A stretch of 61,570 nt of DNA, counting the filler. It is 6 parts of 6 records of this genome, joined end to end, with 100 filler letters (N's around TTAATTAATTAA, not from the genome) between each part and the next. Parts side by side here need not be neighbours in the genome. Positions count along the whole stretch, not along the records: positions 1 to 10,907 come from SRR31156797_11122; 5 more parts are not named here. One strand, given 5' to 3'. Shown here one piece after another: positions 1-10,705 of the stretch. The position numbers and the translations under genes were made by a program. The notes under the pieces were generated by a model. The model ran no database searches. It had not been told where the DNA came from and saw nothing but the letters and a program-made list of their open reading frames with translations. The number at the start of each line of letters is the position of its first letter. Positions within the stretch are counted from its first letter, which is position 1.

Positions 1-1
1 G

Positions 2-3000
2 GTCACGCTGACCCACCCGGACGCCATTACAGAAGGCTGTTCAAGTCCGGGAACCTTAAAAAACCAGCCGACATTCGACCGTATTGAGAAGTTAGTGGAA
101 TATTTGAAACATCAGCAGAAAAAGCAGACCAAATCAATTTCTTCAAAAGAAGCCAAAAAAATCTGTGATTTTATCCGGACCCTTCACAACCCGGGCCGGG
201 CCAAGGGGATACAATTCCCGGGCTACGAAATTGTTGAGCGCCTGTACCAGGCAGAAGACAGGGCGGAGTTCATCGCCCGGCCTACCCATATGGGGAACCG
301 GAGTCTTACCCGGCTGAGAATCTTCTTCAATGCCGGGTACGGTGCCGGCAGCGGTGCGGATCAAAGCCAGATTGAAAAGGCCAGGGGCAGCTTGAATGCC
401 ATTGCCTGCATCAAAGACAATCCCAACATTTTAAGGGTGCTGGCCCTGCCCAGCCAGGAAGGACACCTCATTGAAGGAAGCGATTGGTCCCTGCAGGGCA
501 CCCTCCAGGATTTGATCACACAAGAATCGCCGCTGGAGATGGATCGGACCGTTGCCATCATGTCAGGTATTTTAAACGGGCTTTGTGCCATCCATGAAAA
601 GGATGTAGTCCACCGGAATCTTTGTCCGGAGAATATCCTTATGGTTGAAAACATTCCCAAACTGATGAATTTTGATCTTTCCTATCAGCTGGCAGATAAC
701 AGGGTCACGGTGATTCCTGATCCGGATGCCTTAAAGCGGAGCGCTTATATCGCGCCCGAGATATACAGCGGGGGCGCGGATTTGTCGGAGAATGCAGATC
801 TATTCAGTGCCGGTGTGCTGTTTTACCAGATGCTGACTGGACAACTGCCATTCAAGTGTTCACTTGATTTGCTAAAGAGCAAGGGCGAACTGCCCCGGGA
901 TTGTATAGGTACGCTTAAGGATAAGAATATCCCCCAAGAAATTATTGTTTTGATCGAAGAGTTGCTGCAGCTGGAAGCCAGATTACGCCCGGACTCTGCC
1001 AAAGAGGTACTAGAGCGGTTGGCCCCTGTTTCAAAAGTTGAAAATCAAGGCATGAATACCATTTTGTCACCCGGTGACCGCCATGACCAGTTTGAAATTC
1101 TGGAATTCATTAAACAGGGGGCAGAATCCCAGGTGTACAAAGCCCGAAGCCCCATCGGACAGGTATTTTTAAAGCTATTCAATATTGATGTGCCCCAAAA
1201 ACGGATCATCATGGAGCAGCAGATGTCCACGGCTGTGTCCCACGGCAGCATTGTCCGTGCGGAATACGGACAGTTTTGGGAAGACCGTCGTTATCTGCTG
1301 GGATTTAAATGGGTGGAGGGGCACCCCATCACCGCCAGTGACACGGGGACGTTGCCGGAACCCGAACTTTTTCATGAGGCGGCCGCCACCCTGCTTGATG
1401 CCCTGGAGAAACTCCACGGGTATGAGAAAGAGGATGAACCCATGCCGGTGCTGCATAACGATATCAAGCCGGAAAATATAATGCTGAACCGGGATTTACG
1501 GCCCATGCTCATTGACTTCGGCATTGCTGGCCATCCGTCAACCGGCCTTTACAGCGGAACAACGGGCTATGTGCCGCCGGATTCCATTTCCGGCCAGGAT
1601 AGAAGATATTCGGTGCAGGGGGATCTGTTTGGCCTGGGGGTGACATTGTTTGAATGGTTTTTCGGAAGGCATCCCTATGAGGATCTGACCATGGATGCAG
1701 TCCCGACAGACATGCAGTCCCTTCGGCCCGGTACGGATTCCCGCCTTGAGGCCTGGTTTGCCAAGGCGGTTTCCATGGATGCCAAAGTCCGGTTCGAGTC
1801 GGCGGCCGGGATGCGGGAGGCCTTGCAGCAAGTATTCAGCACCGATCAGAAGAAGGCGGAGGCCGGCGAGACTGAAACCTCATCCGATGAAGCGGATACC
1901 TCCCCTGACCGGGAACCTGAAGGCGTGGATGCCGATGCCATGGTAAATATTGGCCCCAACCCTTTTGTGGCCTATTTAAACACCCTTCACAACCGGGATG
2001 CGGCCAGCGGGAATGCCCTGGCAGAGAGTCAGGCCTGCAATAAGTGGTTCGGCCATATTCATGTTGAGCACCCGCTGACGGAGCAGATTTCCCGGGAGCT
2101 TTTGGACCATGGCCGCCATGTGATCCTGACGGGTCATGCCGGTGACGGCAAGTCCACCGTAGGTCTTGAATTATATAAACGGTTGAACAATATTCCGGTT
2201 AAAGAAAAACTGGAGCGGGAATTGGGGATCAAAGAGGAAATTTCCATCGACGGCAAACGGATTTCCATTGTCAAAGATTTCAGTGAATGGGACGATTCGG
2301 CCAGGATGGACCTCATTAAAGGGGCCGGGGAAAAGGAGTGCCCATCCATGTTGCTGATCTCCAATACCGGTACCCTGATGACGGCGTTCAAAGCGTTAGA
2401 TCAGGCTCAGGGCCGGGACACCCTGGAGATGGAAAATGAACTGCTCAAAGCCTTTTCCAGCAATTCCCCCCGTCCCATTGAACATAATGGGGTCTCTTAT
2501 CTTGTGATCAATTTAGCCATGTACGATAACCTTGATATTGCCCGGAAGGTATTTGAACGGATGGTTCACAAGGACCGATGGGAAGCGTGCAACGCCTGTG
2601 AGCAAAGGGAAAAATGCACCATCTGCAGGAATGTGACCATATTGCAAGATAATCCCCTGGCCCTGGACCGGATATTCTATCTCTATCGCCGAATGTTCGA
2701 ATACAAGGACCGATTTACATTGCGGCAGCTCATCGGCCATATGGCCTATATGATCACGGCGGGAATGGAGTATGACGATATCGAAGAATATGCCAGCGCA
2801 CCCAAGCCGCCGCGGATGACGGAATTTATTTTTTTTAACCGTTTTTTCGGTGATAGCGGGCGGCAAGCGGATAAGCCGGCCGGACAGATGCAGGTGGTCC
2901 GCACATTGGCTGCCAGGGAGCTTGGATTGCGGCCCTGCCCCAGTTGGGAGCGCCGGCTCTGGCTAAGGGATGGGCAGGCGAATTTTCAGCTCCGTGCCCA

Positions 3001-3736
3001 AGGGGTATCTTCCGATTTTGATCTGTTGCGCCGGATCGGGGCCGGGACAAAAGAGTCCATTTTCTATCCCGATGACCAGGGCAGACGGTCCGCCCGGCAA
3101 CAGGTCCGGCGGATGCTGTTTTTCCTCCATGATTTTTCCGGAAATACACAGGCGGGGGAAACCTATATAGCCAATTTCCTGAATTCTCCCATGCTGCAGC
3201 CCCTTTTAAAATGGCGGAGCAATGGGGGGGATTTTTCTTCAAGGGAACGCCAGACATTAAAAGCTCAGGTGCTCCATGTCCTCCAAGAGCAGTTTGCAGG
3301 TATCCGCCTGCCGGAACAAGAGGCCGGGCGAAAACAATTGTATATTACCCTGAGCCGGAATGACCGTGAGATGCGGCAGGGCACTCAGGTGGTGCTGGCG
3401 GATTTCCCAGCCAAGGAATTCCAGGTCAGATGGGAGGGGGAACCCAATAAAAGGACCCTGGTATTCAGCGGTTCCGGCCCCTATGAAAGCGCACGCCTGG
3501 ATTTGGAACTGCCTTTTCTGGATTATGTTCAAATGCGGCAGCATGGGGAGGCAGGCCAACCCCTTCAGACATCTTTTTCGGACCGGTTGGAGTATTTCAA
3601 GGCCCAGCTGATAAGGCTTAAGGGCAGTGCACAGCGGAAAAATGAAATGGTCCTGCTCAGGCTCAAGGCCGACAATAGTTTCAAAGAGCACCGGATCATT
3701 ATTGAAGAAGATAAACTGGAGGTGATGAATGCCTAA
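2..3736 (+). CDS. 5'-truncated multidomain protein: pseudokinase + Ser/Thr protein kinase + P-loop NTPase (DndF/DptF/SspF-like C-terminal half)
   Basis: Frame is open from base 2 (VTLTHPDA...), so the true start lies upstream. Kinase 1 has HRNLCPEN (611) and NFD (668); kinase 2 has HNDIKPEN (1454) and DFG (1514). An acidic linker precedes Walker A GHAGDGKS (2132-2155) and a CNAC-x5-CTIC Cys cluster (2588-2626). Confidence 0.8.
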   Translation, partial: VTLTHPDAITEGCSSPGTLKNQPTFDRIEKLVEYLKHQQKKQTKSISSKEAKKICDFIRTLHNPGRAKGIQFPGYEIVERLYQAEDRAEFIARPTHMGNRSLTRLRIFFNAGYGAGSGADQSQIEKARGSLNAIACIKDNPNILRVLALPSQEGHLIEGSDWSLQGTLQDLITQESPLEMDRTVAIMSGILNGLCAIHEKDVVHRNLCPENILMVENIPKLMNFDLSYQLADNRVTVIPDPDALKRSAYIAPEIYSGGADLSENADLFSAGVLFYQMLTGQLPFKCSLDLLKSKGELPRDCIGTLKDKNIPQEIIVLIEELLQLEARLRPDSAKEVLERLAPVSKVENQGMNTILSPGDRHDQFEILEFIKQGAESQVYKARSPIGQVFLKLFNIDVPQKRIIMEQQMSTAVSHGSIVRAEYGQFWEDRRYLLGFKWVEGHPITASDTGTLPEPELFHEAAATLLDALEKLHGYEKEDEPMPVLHNDIKPENIMLNRDLRPMLIDFGIAGHPSTGLYSGTTGYVPPDSISGQDRRYSVQGDLFGLGVTLFEWFFGRHPYEDLTMDAVPTDMQSLRPGTDSRLEAWFAKAVSMDAKVRFESAAGMREALQQVFSTDQKKAEAGETETSSDEADTSPDREPEGVDADAMVNIGPNPFVAYLNTLHNRDAASGNALAESQACNKWFGHIHVEHPLTEQISRELLDHGRHVILTGHAGDGKSTVGLELYKRLNNIPVKEKLERELGIKEEISIDGKRISIVKDFSEWDDSARMDLIKGAGEKECPSMLLISNTGTLMTAFKALDQAQGRDTLEMENELLKAFSSNSPRPIEHNGVSYLVINLAMYDNLDIARKVFERMVHKDRWEACNACEQREKCTICRNVTILQDNPLALDRIFYLYRRMFEYKDRFTLRQLIGHMAYMITAGMEYDDIEEYASAPKPPRMTEFIFFNRFFGDSGRQADKPAGQMQVVRTLAARELGLRPCPSWERRLWLRDGQANFQLRAQGVSSDFDLLRRIGAGTKESIFYPDDQGRRSARQQVRRMLFFLHDFSGNTQAGETYIANFLNSPMLQPLLKWRSNGGDFSSRERQTLKAQVLHVLQEQFAGIRLPEQEAGRKQLYITLSRNDREMRQGTQVVLADFPAKEFQVRWEGEPNKRTLVFSGSGPYESARLDLELPFLDYVQMRQHGEAGQPLQTSFSDRLEYFKAQLIRLKGSAQRKNEMVLLRLKADNSFKEHRIIIEEDKLEVMNA

Positions 3737-5399
3737 TTGCTATCCCCCCATAGAACGGGAGTTAAGACAACCTAAATCAAAAGATGCCAACCCGGCCATT
3801 CAATTGTTCGGCCGACGTTTTTTTAAAGAACAGACCATACCTGAATTTCTTATTGAGTTTCTATTGGTCGCCACTTCTCCTAAGCGAATTAAACATGATA
3901 GCGGCAAAATTGGCATGGATGCCGATACTTGTTTTCCGAAATTGGAAACGTTGATGGAATGGCCCGATGAGGCCCCTTTGGAATATGCGCCCAAATCCCG
4001 GCTGAATTTAAAATTGTTTGCCTTGCTCGGGGCTTCCAAACTTGAAACTCGCCATCCGATACACCGGGATCATTATGAAGAATTGATCAAAGGTGTGAAA
4101 GATAATATTGAGCTTTCCGGAGGTATGAATCGACAGGATGTTTTAAAAACCATGGAGAACCTTTTCCTTGGATTCCAACGGGTCGGTGGCCAGAGAGCAT
4201 GGTGTGCCCAAAGTTTTTTACCTATTTGTCCTGAAATGATCTCAGGGGAAACAATATGGAAGGAAATAAAGGCAAATAGAGACAGTGTCAAAACCTGGCA
4301 AGACATTACAGGGACAAAAGGATATTTCCAATCAAGTCAGCATATTTTTCTCGCAAGGGGAGGTGAATCACTATATTTGCAGGTTTGCAATGCATTGCGA
4401 ACCCCGCATGATGAGATGAAGGCCTGGTTGGAATCCTTGGACTGCAAAAAAGAAGGAACCGTAGAAGTGGTTCCTGAAAAATTGAGGGAAGCACTGTCCC
4501 ATGGCATTGGCAAAGCATTGAAGGAAGATTGTCCTTCGGCCCTGGGTCTTTTGGCTACTTTCATCGACCAGGGCGTGGACAAGGATACCTGGAAGGATAC
4601 TGATTTTGATGACAAGGGGGAGCTTCGGTATACCGAATGCGGCTGGTGCCCGGAGGAAACCTGGAAGGAAGGCTATCTGTTTGCCGTGGACCTGCTCCGG
4701 ATCTGTGAGGCTGGGCTGGATCCGGTGGAACGGTTGGCCCTGATGGAGACAGCCTGCGCCGTTCAGGTACTCAGAACCGTCTGTGCCCAGAGCGCCCGGC
4801 ATGATGAAGGGGATAAAACCGGCGGTGCAGGGCCTTTGGGGTATGTCTGGGCGGTGTCTGATCCTGAGGGACGAAATTCGGTATTAAAACGGATCTCCCA
4901 GCGGAGTGTAAATACGACCCTTTTGATGATACAGCGTGCCCTGCGCTGTGAAGAAATATTAGAAAATGTGGCAGAGCAGAAAAAAGCTGCCAAGACCACT
5001 TGGAAAGATCCCTACAAGGAGGCGGATACCCGGTACGGGCATAAACTTTTTCAAACTCTTGCCAAGCGGCTGGGATTTATGGTGCCCCGCCGGGGGCCCG
5101 GGGCGAGATTTGTTTTAACCGACCACCTACTCCGTTATCTGGTGCTCACCATTGTCCGGCCCGGGGAGCGGATGACCTATGATTCTTTTTTGGACCAGGT
5201 CTTTCTGCGGTGTGGCATGGCGTTGGGAGGGAGGCATCTTACCCGGGCCTGTGAGTGGAGCGGATCGCATCCGCCGGCCGCATTAAAAGGAGATGCCGAT
5301 CAATGGGTAACGGATATGCTGGAAGGGGCAGGCGTGCTGGTGCGGTTGTCAGATTCTTGTTCAATGGTTGAAAATCCTTTGGGTAACGGGAGAGCGTAA
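3729..5399 (+). CDS. Hypothetical protein, DndG/DptG/SspG-like
   Basis: 556 aa, 8-bp overlap with the upstream gene. C-terminal 'GFMVPRRGPGARFVL...FLDQV...GVLVRLSDS' resembles the DptG C-terminus; position between F-like and H-like genes fits. Confidence 0.6.
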   Translation: MPNCYPPIERELRQPKSKDANPAIQLFGRRFFKEQTIPEFLIEFLLVATSPKRIKHDSGKIGMDADTCFPKLETLMEWPDEAPLEYAPKSRLNLKLFALLGASKLETRHPIHRDHYEELIKGVKDNIELSGGMNRQDVLKTMENLFLGFQRVGGQRAWCAQSFLPICPEMISGETIWKEIKANRDSVKTWQDITGTKGYFQSSQHIFLARGGESLYLQVCNALRTPHDEMKAWLESLDCKKEGTVEVVPEKLREALSHGIGKALKEDCPSALGLLATFIDQGVDKDTWKDTDFDDKGELRYTECGWCPEETWKEGYLFAVDLLRICEAGLDPVERLALMETACAVQVLRTVCAQSARHDEGDKTGGAGPLGYVWAVSDPEGRNSVLKRISQRSVNTTLLMIQRALRCEEILENVAEQKKAAKTTWKDPYKEADTRYGHKLFQTLAKRLGFMVPRRGPGARFVLTDHLLRYLVLTIVRPGERMTYDSFLDQVFLRCGMALGGRHLTRACEWSGSHPPAALKGDADQWVTDMLEGAGVLVRLSDSCSMVENPLGNGRA

Positions 5400-5404
5400 A
5401 ACTG

Positions 5405-8400
5405 ATGCAGCATTTTTCATTAAGCGTTTGCAATTATATCAAAGCACAGGTTGAACGGTACAAGTCCAAGGGGGATACAGGTAATGCCCTGATCATGCTC
5501 CCCAGCTTCCCTGCCGGGGTGATGAACGAAATCGGCCGGCTGCTGGAAGCCCAGATCATGCCCCAGGTGGACCGGTTTGTTTATAAAATCGCCAAACCCC
5601 TGTGGGAGGAGTGGGAGGCCGGCGGGGATTCCCATATAAAGGAACTGGTTGACCAGGCGCGTAAAAAGGGGTGGCTGGATGAATTGGGTAATTTGACCTA
5701 TTACCGGAATGAGGGGGTCGGGGTGCAGGACGAGACTGCTGCCGTGATCCTCGGGGGCATGGACCATGTGACCGATGCCGGCAGTCTGGCTGATTTTCAC
5801 CGCTGTACCATTCAAACCATATGGGAATGGCCCCAGGGCATGAATACCCGTTTTGAAGATTGGGTAAAAGACTGCCTCAAAAATATTGCCTACGAAGACG
5901 AAACCCCTGAGCATTTTGACGAGGTGCTCAAGGCGCTGTTGACCAGGGTGCCCACGGATATATTAAGGATCAGCGAGTTCCTGGACCAGTTGGATTTGAG
6001 CGGTGTACATGACGGGCGTGATGCGGAACAGGCCCTGCTCAGCGGGCTTGATTTTTTCAACTTGCCCGATCTAACCGCCTATAAGTTCGGGGGAAGACAG
6101 AAATTTGCCCCCTATGTGGATACGGCCCTTTCGTTTTTCTCCTATGGGATGTTTCTGGAGGACCGGGCCAGAAATAATGCCGTAAATGCCGTTAAGGCAT
6201 ATCAGAAAAAGAAGGCTAAGGATAATAGCCTCTTTGAAAACGAGCAGATCGGGCAGTTTCAGTCCGATGATGAATTTCTCGACGCCCTTGCAGATTATAT
6301 CGAAAACGGCGGATCGGAGAAACAGGATGAATTGATGGATTGCGATTTTGCCATTATCAAAGACAAGGTGTTAAGATTTAAGGGCGAAAATCCTCAACCG
6401 TCGGGAACCAAAAAGGAAACCGTAAAAAAGCTGGGCACCGATCCCCTTGAAAGTGTGCTCACCGGCATCTGGCTGACCCTGGGGGAATTTCGGAAACAAT
6501 CCGAGAAAGCAGGAATCATTGCCCATGATGTATTAACCCGAATCCGGATTAAATCCTTTCTTTTTAAACATGATTCCGAAGGCGGAAACCAAGATGAAAA
6601 AAATGAGGCTGCCCGGAATAACCTGAAAAAGGTTATCGGGGGCCTGGATCATTGGCTGAACCAATATATTGAGCTTGATGTCGGGGGCGGGAAGCCGTCG
6701 GTAGAAATTAATTCCCAATTGATCCATGACGACCTCGGGCTTCAGTATTCCGCTGTTGCCGAGCCGATTCTGGCATTTGAGGTCCTTATTGAGGCTGGCG
6801 AGAATGTAAAGCCGGTGCGTCAAAAATTTTCCATCCGCCTGCCCGATGCCTCGCCTTTTCGAACCGCAGTGGAACTTTTCCAGTGTGCGGCCAAGGCCTT
6901 TGACGGAAAGTTTGTGGTGCCTGTGTTTTCCATTCCCTATTTTGAGGAATTGATGCTGGCCAAGGATGAAGAGGAGGCCAACCGCGTTCTTATGTACGGG
7001 GTAAGGGAGGAGGAGAATCCACCCATTGACTTGTTGGCCCCCATTCTCAAGGAACTGGTTTCCGAAGAGAACGAGTTCGGCATGCGCCTTGACGCCCTGT
7101 CCCATGCCTATCATGATTTTGTGGCCCTGGCGGCCAAAAGCAGTATGTATACGGCATTGTCAGAAAAATGGTTGGGGCTTCGCCGGGCCCTGGACGATGC
7201 CTTCAATGCCTATCTTGATGAAGACAGCCCGGTACACGAGGACAAAGGGGCGATTTTGGCCAGGGCATTTCTCATGGTCAATAACCGTTCCAGGGCCAAT
7301 GACGGGAAATGGATATGGCAGCCCCATGAAAAGGCCGCTGCGGTCACGGTACTCCATCCGGCCCTGCTTGAGCTGATAGATGCACGGGTAAGGTATCTGT
7401 TTGATTGTTTTAATGCCGAGGCCATGCGCCAGTTGTCCTCTACGGAAAGCCGGTATTTTAAAAAATACACCTGGGATTACTATCTGGATCTGTCCACCAT
7501 AAAAATGCCCCTTTGCGGTCTGTTAAAGGATGACGACCTGGTGTTTGAAACCGCCATAAGAGGAGAAAATTTACTGCACCGTATCGGCGGAGACAAGGAA
7601 TCCGAGGCCGCCCTTTCCACCCGGCTGCTGCTGAAATATGATGCATTTGAGGATGATGATATTTCCGACAGGGACATGTTCTATGAGACCCGTGAATCCC
7701 TGATGCTCTTTCGGATCATTAAAGATTATTGGAAGTTGCATCCCCATGCCAGGGACGGTATCAGTCTGGCGGTTTACCAAAATAAGGATATTCAGCCGGT
7801 GATCGCGGCTGTGAACCAGTTCATAAGCGACGGGGAGCGGCTGGGAAATGACACGAATTCGATTTTCCATGTGTCCATCACCCTGTTTTCGGAATCCTGC
7901 GATGATACCGGGGTCCGCCGCTGGATTGAGCAATGGAAAGAGCGGTGGGAGGCGGCTGAAAACCATAGTAATTTTGCACACTACAGGGCCTGCCGGCTTT
8001 CCGTATCCCATAGGATCGTCACACCGGATAATGATTATTCCCAATTTATCCATATCATCAATTCCAGCCTTGAGGCGGATATTGCTGTTTTAAGCCATTT
8101 TATCAGTGCCGGGGTAAAGGGAAACAAGATGGAAAAAGTGCCGGCTCCCCATGATGTCACATCCCGGCCCATCCAATTTCCCATCCTTGAAAAGTCTTTT
8201 TGTTCGGCCGTTGAAAAGCGGCATAAAGATGAACGGTACAGGGTGCTGAGCAACCGGCAGTTCATGGTGGCGACCAAGCACCTGGAGGTGCTGGCCAGGT
8301 TAAAAGAGATGGCATCCGGCCACCACATTGCCCTGGGGCGGGGGGATTTCAGACCCTGGCGGGGGGTGATTGATGCCCTTCATGAAAATGTGGAATGGGT

Positions 8401-10705
8401 GGTTTGTATCGATTCGAGTATTGATGAGCAATTGCTTAAGCGGGGGGATGACAGCAGAGTCCGTGATCTGATCGGATTTGGATCCGGGGTCGGTTCCCAT
8501 GGTGAGGCCAATTATACTATATCCACCGAGCAATTTGATTTTTCAGACCTTTTCCATAAATTAAAGGCATCCATTTTGGATGTGGTGGAGGAGTGGTCCG
8601 ATGACGACCACAACCGGGCTGCACAATTTGCCATTGAAAAGGCCAAGGGACTGTCCGGGCTTTCTTTGATCCGGGCTACCGGGGTTAACCAACATATTCG
8701 GGAGGTTCTGGCCTTTGCCCTGGCGAGAAAGACTTTTAGCACCAATAAAGATACCCTGTGTGATCAATTTATTTCCCTGGATGCTTACAGGCATTGGTTT
8801 GATAATGCCGCTTCCAATATGCGTCCGGATATCCTCTGGCTGGCGGCCTCGCTGACCGATAAGGAGATTTTGCATCTGGATATGCGGATCATTGAATGCA
8901 AACTGGGCAAAAAATCCGACATTCATGTGGAAAAAGCCAGAGAGCAGGTGGACTGCGGCCTGCGCCATTTAATTCCCTCTTTCATGCCCCGCCAGGAAAA
9001 CGATCTCAGTGAGCGGCCGGATGCTAGATATTGGTGGCTTCAACTTCACCGGCTGATTGCCAGCAAATCTCGGGTGAACAAGAAAAACCGGGGAGATATT
9101 CTGGCGGCCCTGGAACGGCTTGCGGATGGTGAGTTCTCTGTGTCCTGGGGAGGGGCGTTTTTTACCTGCTGGACCGACACTAAAACCGAACATATACAAA
9201 AGCCGTCATGGAGTTTCAGTTTTAAGGAGCATGATTTGGATATCATCCATGTTGCCTTGGGCAGCGAAGAGATGAAGGCGCTATGTGGCAATAACGGAGA
9301 TGAGGCCTTTGATTGGGGGGATCATCTGATTGCCTGTGAATATAAAAAACCGTTCCAGCGGTATTCTTTAACTGATGGTGAATACGGAAATGACCAGGAC
9401 GATGGGGGTGATGTCTCATATGACCAAAGTCCGGACCAGGAGGCGGAACAAGAAGGAGACGACATTGAGAGTGGAGATCCCCCGGCGGAACCGGAGGCAG
9501 ATCCGGTTGTAGCGCCATCGGTGCCGGCTGTTCCTGCAAGGCCTCAACCGAAACCGCGTACAATACCCGAGCGTATTTTTCTTGGGGAATCCGTTCTCGG
9601 TTCACGGCGAATATTCTGGGAATTCGGGCATCCGGGATTGAACAACCGGCATATTCTGATTTTCGGCAGTTCCGGTATGGGAAAAACCTATGCCATACAA
9701 TGCCTGTTGAATGAATTGGGTATGTCCGGCCAAAATTCCCTGGTGGTGGATTATACCAATGGTTTTTTGCCCAGCCAGTTGGAAGAAACTACGGTGAATC
9801 GCCTGGCACCCAAACAGCACATGATCAAGGCTGCTCCTTTTCCCATATCTCCCTTTAAACGCCATGAGCAAATGATAGATGAGTTTGCCATTAAAGATAA
9901 TGAAGTCGATGTTGCCAAGCGGGTTGCTGCTATTTTTAAGACCGTATATGATCTGGGGGACCAGCAGTTCAGCGTATTGTTCGATGCGATTATTTCCGGG
10001 ATGGAAATCTACAGGGATTCATTAAAGTTGGACGGCCTGCTGGAGGTCTTGGAAGATTACCTGGAAGATAAAAAACATAGCAAAAGCACGGTTCAGTCGA
10101 CCCTGAGCAAACTCAAGCCCTTTGTCATGAGTAAACCCTTTGCGTCCGATGACAAGGGAATGGGATGGAACACCTTTTTTGAGGATGTAGAAAACCGTTG
10201 CCATGTGTTTCAGCTTGCCGGGCTAGATATGAGCTCCTGGCAGCTAGTCACGGAGTTTATCCTATGGGACCTTTATGCCTTTGTCAGGGGAAAGGGGAAC
10301 AAAGATATGCCCAAGATCGTTGTCCTGGACGAGGTACAGAATCTGGACCACAGGGAAGAATGTCCTTTGGCAAAATATTTGACCGAGGGGAGGAAATTCG
10401 GCCTGGCCCTGGTTTTGGCCACCCAGACCTTGAGTAATCTTGCGGCTGACCAGCAGGCACGGCTTTTTCAGGCCGGCCATAAGCTGTTCTTCAAGCCGGC
10501 GGAAACGGAGATGAAAGAGTATGCCAAGGTGCTTGAAAATGCGACCACTGAGCCTGCCAAAATCTGGGTTGACCGGTTGTCAAAGCTGGAAAAAGGGGAG
10601 TGCTATTCCCTGGGGCCGTCCCTTGGAGATGACGGAATATTTAAACCAAAGTTTGCTGCAAAAATTCGGATTACCGCCATGGAGGATAGAGATTTAAATG
10701 GGTGA
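5405..10705 (+). CDS. Large PD-(D/E)xK nuclease + HerA/FtsK-type ATPase, DndH/DptH/SspH-like
   Basis: 1766 aa. RPD...IIECK nuclease motif (8825-8902), acidic/Pro-rich linker (~9370-9560), Walker A GSSGMGKT (9665-9688), Walker B VVLDE, EGRKFG arginine finger and LATQ sensor. Confidence 0.75.
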   Translation: MQHFSLSVCNYIKAQVERYKSKGDTGNALIMLPSFPAGVMNEIGRLLEAQIMPQVDRFVYKIAKPLWEEWEAGGDSHIKELVDQARKKGWLDELGNLTYYRNEGVGVQDETAAVILGGMDHVTDAGSLADFHRCTIQTIWEWPQGMNTRFEDWVKDCLKNIAYEDETPEHFDEVLKALLTRVPTDILRISEFLDQLDLSGVHDGRDAEQALLSGLDFFNLPDLTAYKFGGRQKFAPYVDTALSFFSYGMFLEDRARNNAVNAVKAYQKKKAKDNSLFENEQIGQFQSDDEFLDALADYIENGGSEKQDELMDCDFAIIKDKVLRFKGENPQPSGTKKETVKKLGTDPLESVLTGIWLTLGEFRKQSEKAGIIAHDVLTRIRIKSFLFKHDSEGGNQDEKNEAARNNLKKVIGGLDHWLNQYIELDVGGGKPSVEINSQLIHDDLGLQYSAVAEPILAFEVLIEAGENVKPVRQKFSIRLPDASPFRTAVELFQCAAKAFDGKFVVPVFSIPYFEELMLAKDEEEANRVLMYGVREEENPPIDLLAPILKELVSEENEFGMRLDALSHAYHDFVALAAKSSMYTALSEKWLGLRRALDDAFNAYLDEDSPVHEDKGAILARAFLMVNNRSRANDGKWIWQPHEKAAAVTVLHPALLELIDARVRYLFDCFNAEAMRQLSSTESRYFKKYTWDYYLDLSTIKMPLCGLLKDDDLVFETAIRGENLLHRIGGDKESEAALSTRLLLKYDAFEDDDISDRDMFYETRESLMLFRIIKDYWKLHPHARDGISLAVYQNKDIQPVIAAVNQFISDGERLGNDTNSIFHVSITLFSESCDDTGVRRWIEQWKERWEAAENHSNFAHYRACRLSVSHRIVTPDNDYSQFIHIINSSLEADIAVLSHFISAGVKGNKMEKVPAPHDVTSRPIQFPILEKSFCSAVEKRHKDERYRVLSNRQFMVATKHLEVLARLKEMASGHHIALGRGDFRPWRGVIDALHENVEWVVCIDSSIDEQLLKRGDDSRVRDLIGFGSGVGSHGEANYTISTEQFDFSDLFHKLKASILDVVEEWSDDDHNRAAQFAIEKAKGLSGLSLIRATGVNQHIREVLAFALARKTFSTNKDTLCDQFISLDAYRHWFDNAASNMRPDILWLAASLTDKEILHLDMRIIECKLGKKSDIHVEKAREQVDCGLRHLIPSFMPRQENDLSERPDARYWWLQLHRLIASKSRVNKKNRGDILAALERLADGEFSVSWGGAFFTCWTDTKTEHIQKPSWSFSFKEHDLDIIHVALGSEEMKALCGNNGDEAFDWGDHLIACEYKKPFQRYSLTDGEYGNDQDDGGDVSYDQSPDQEAEQEGDDIESGDPPAEPEADPVVAPSVPAVPARPQPKPRTIPERIFLGESVLGSRRIFWEFGHPGLNNRHILIFGSSGMGKTYAIQCLLNELGMSGQNSLVVDYTNGFLPSQLEETTVNRLAPKQHMIKAAPFPISPFKRHEQMIDEFAIKDNEVDVAKRVAAIFKTVYDLGDQQFSVLFDAIISGMEIYRDSLKLDGLLEVLEDYLEDKKHSKSTVQSTLSKLKPFVMSKPFASDDKGMGWNTFFEDVENRCHVFQLAGLDMSSWQLVTEFILWDLYAFVRGKGNKDMPKIVVLDEVQNLDHREECPLAKYLTEGRKFGLALVLATQTLSNLAADQQARLFQAGHKLFFKPAETEMKEYAKVLENATTEPAKIWVDRLSKLEKGECYSLGPSLGDDGIFKPKFAAKIRITAMEDRDLNG

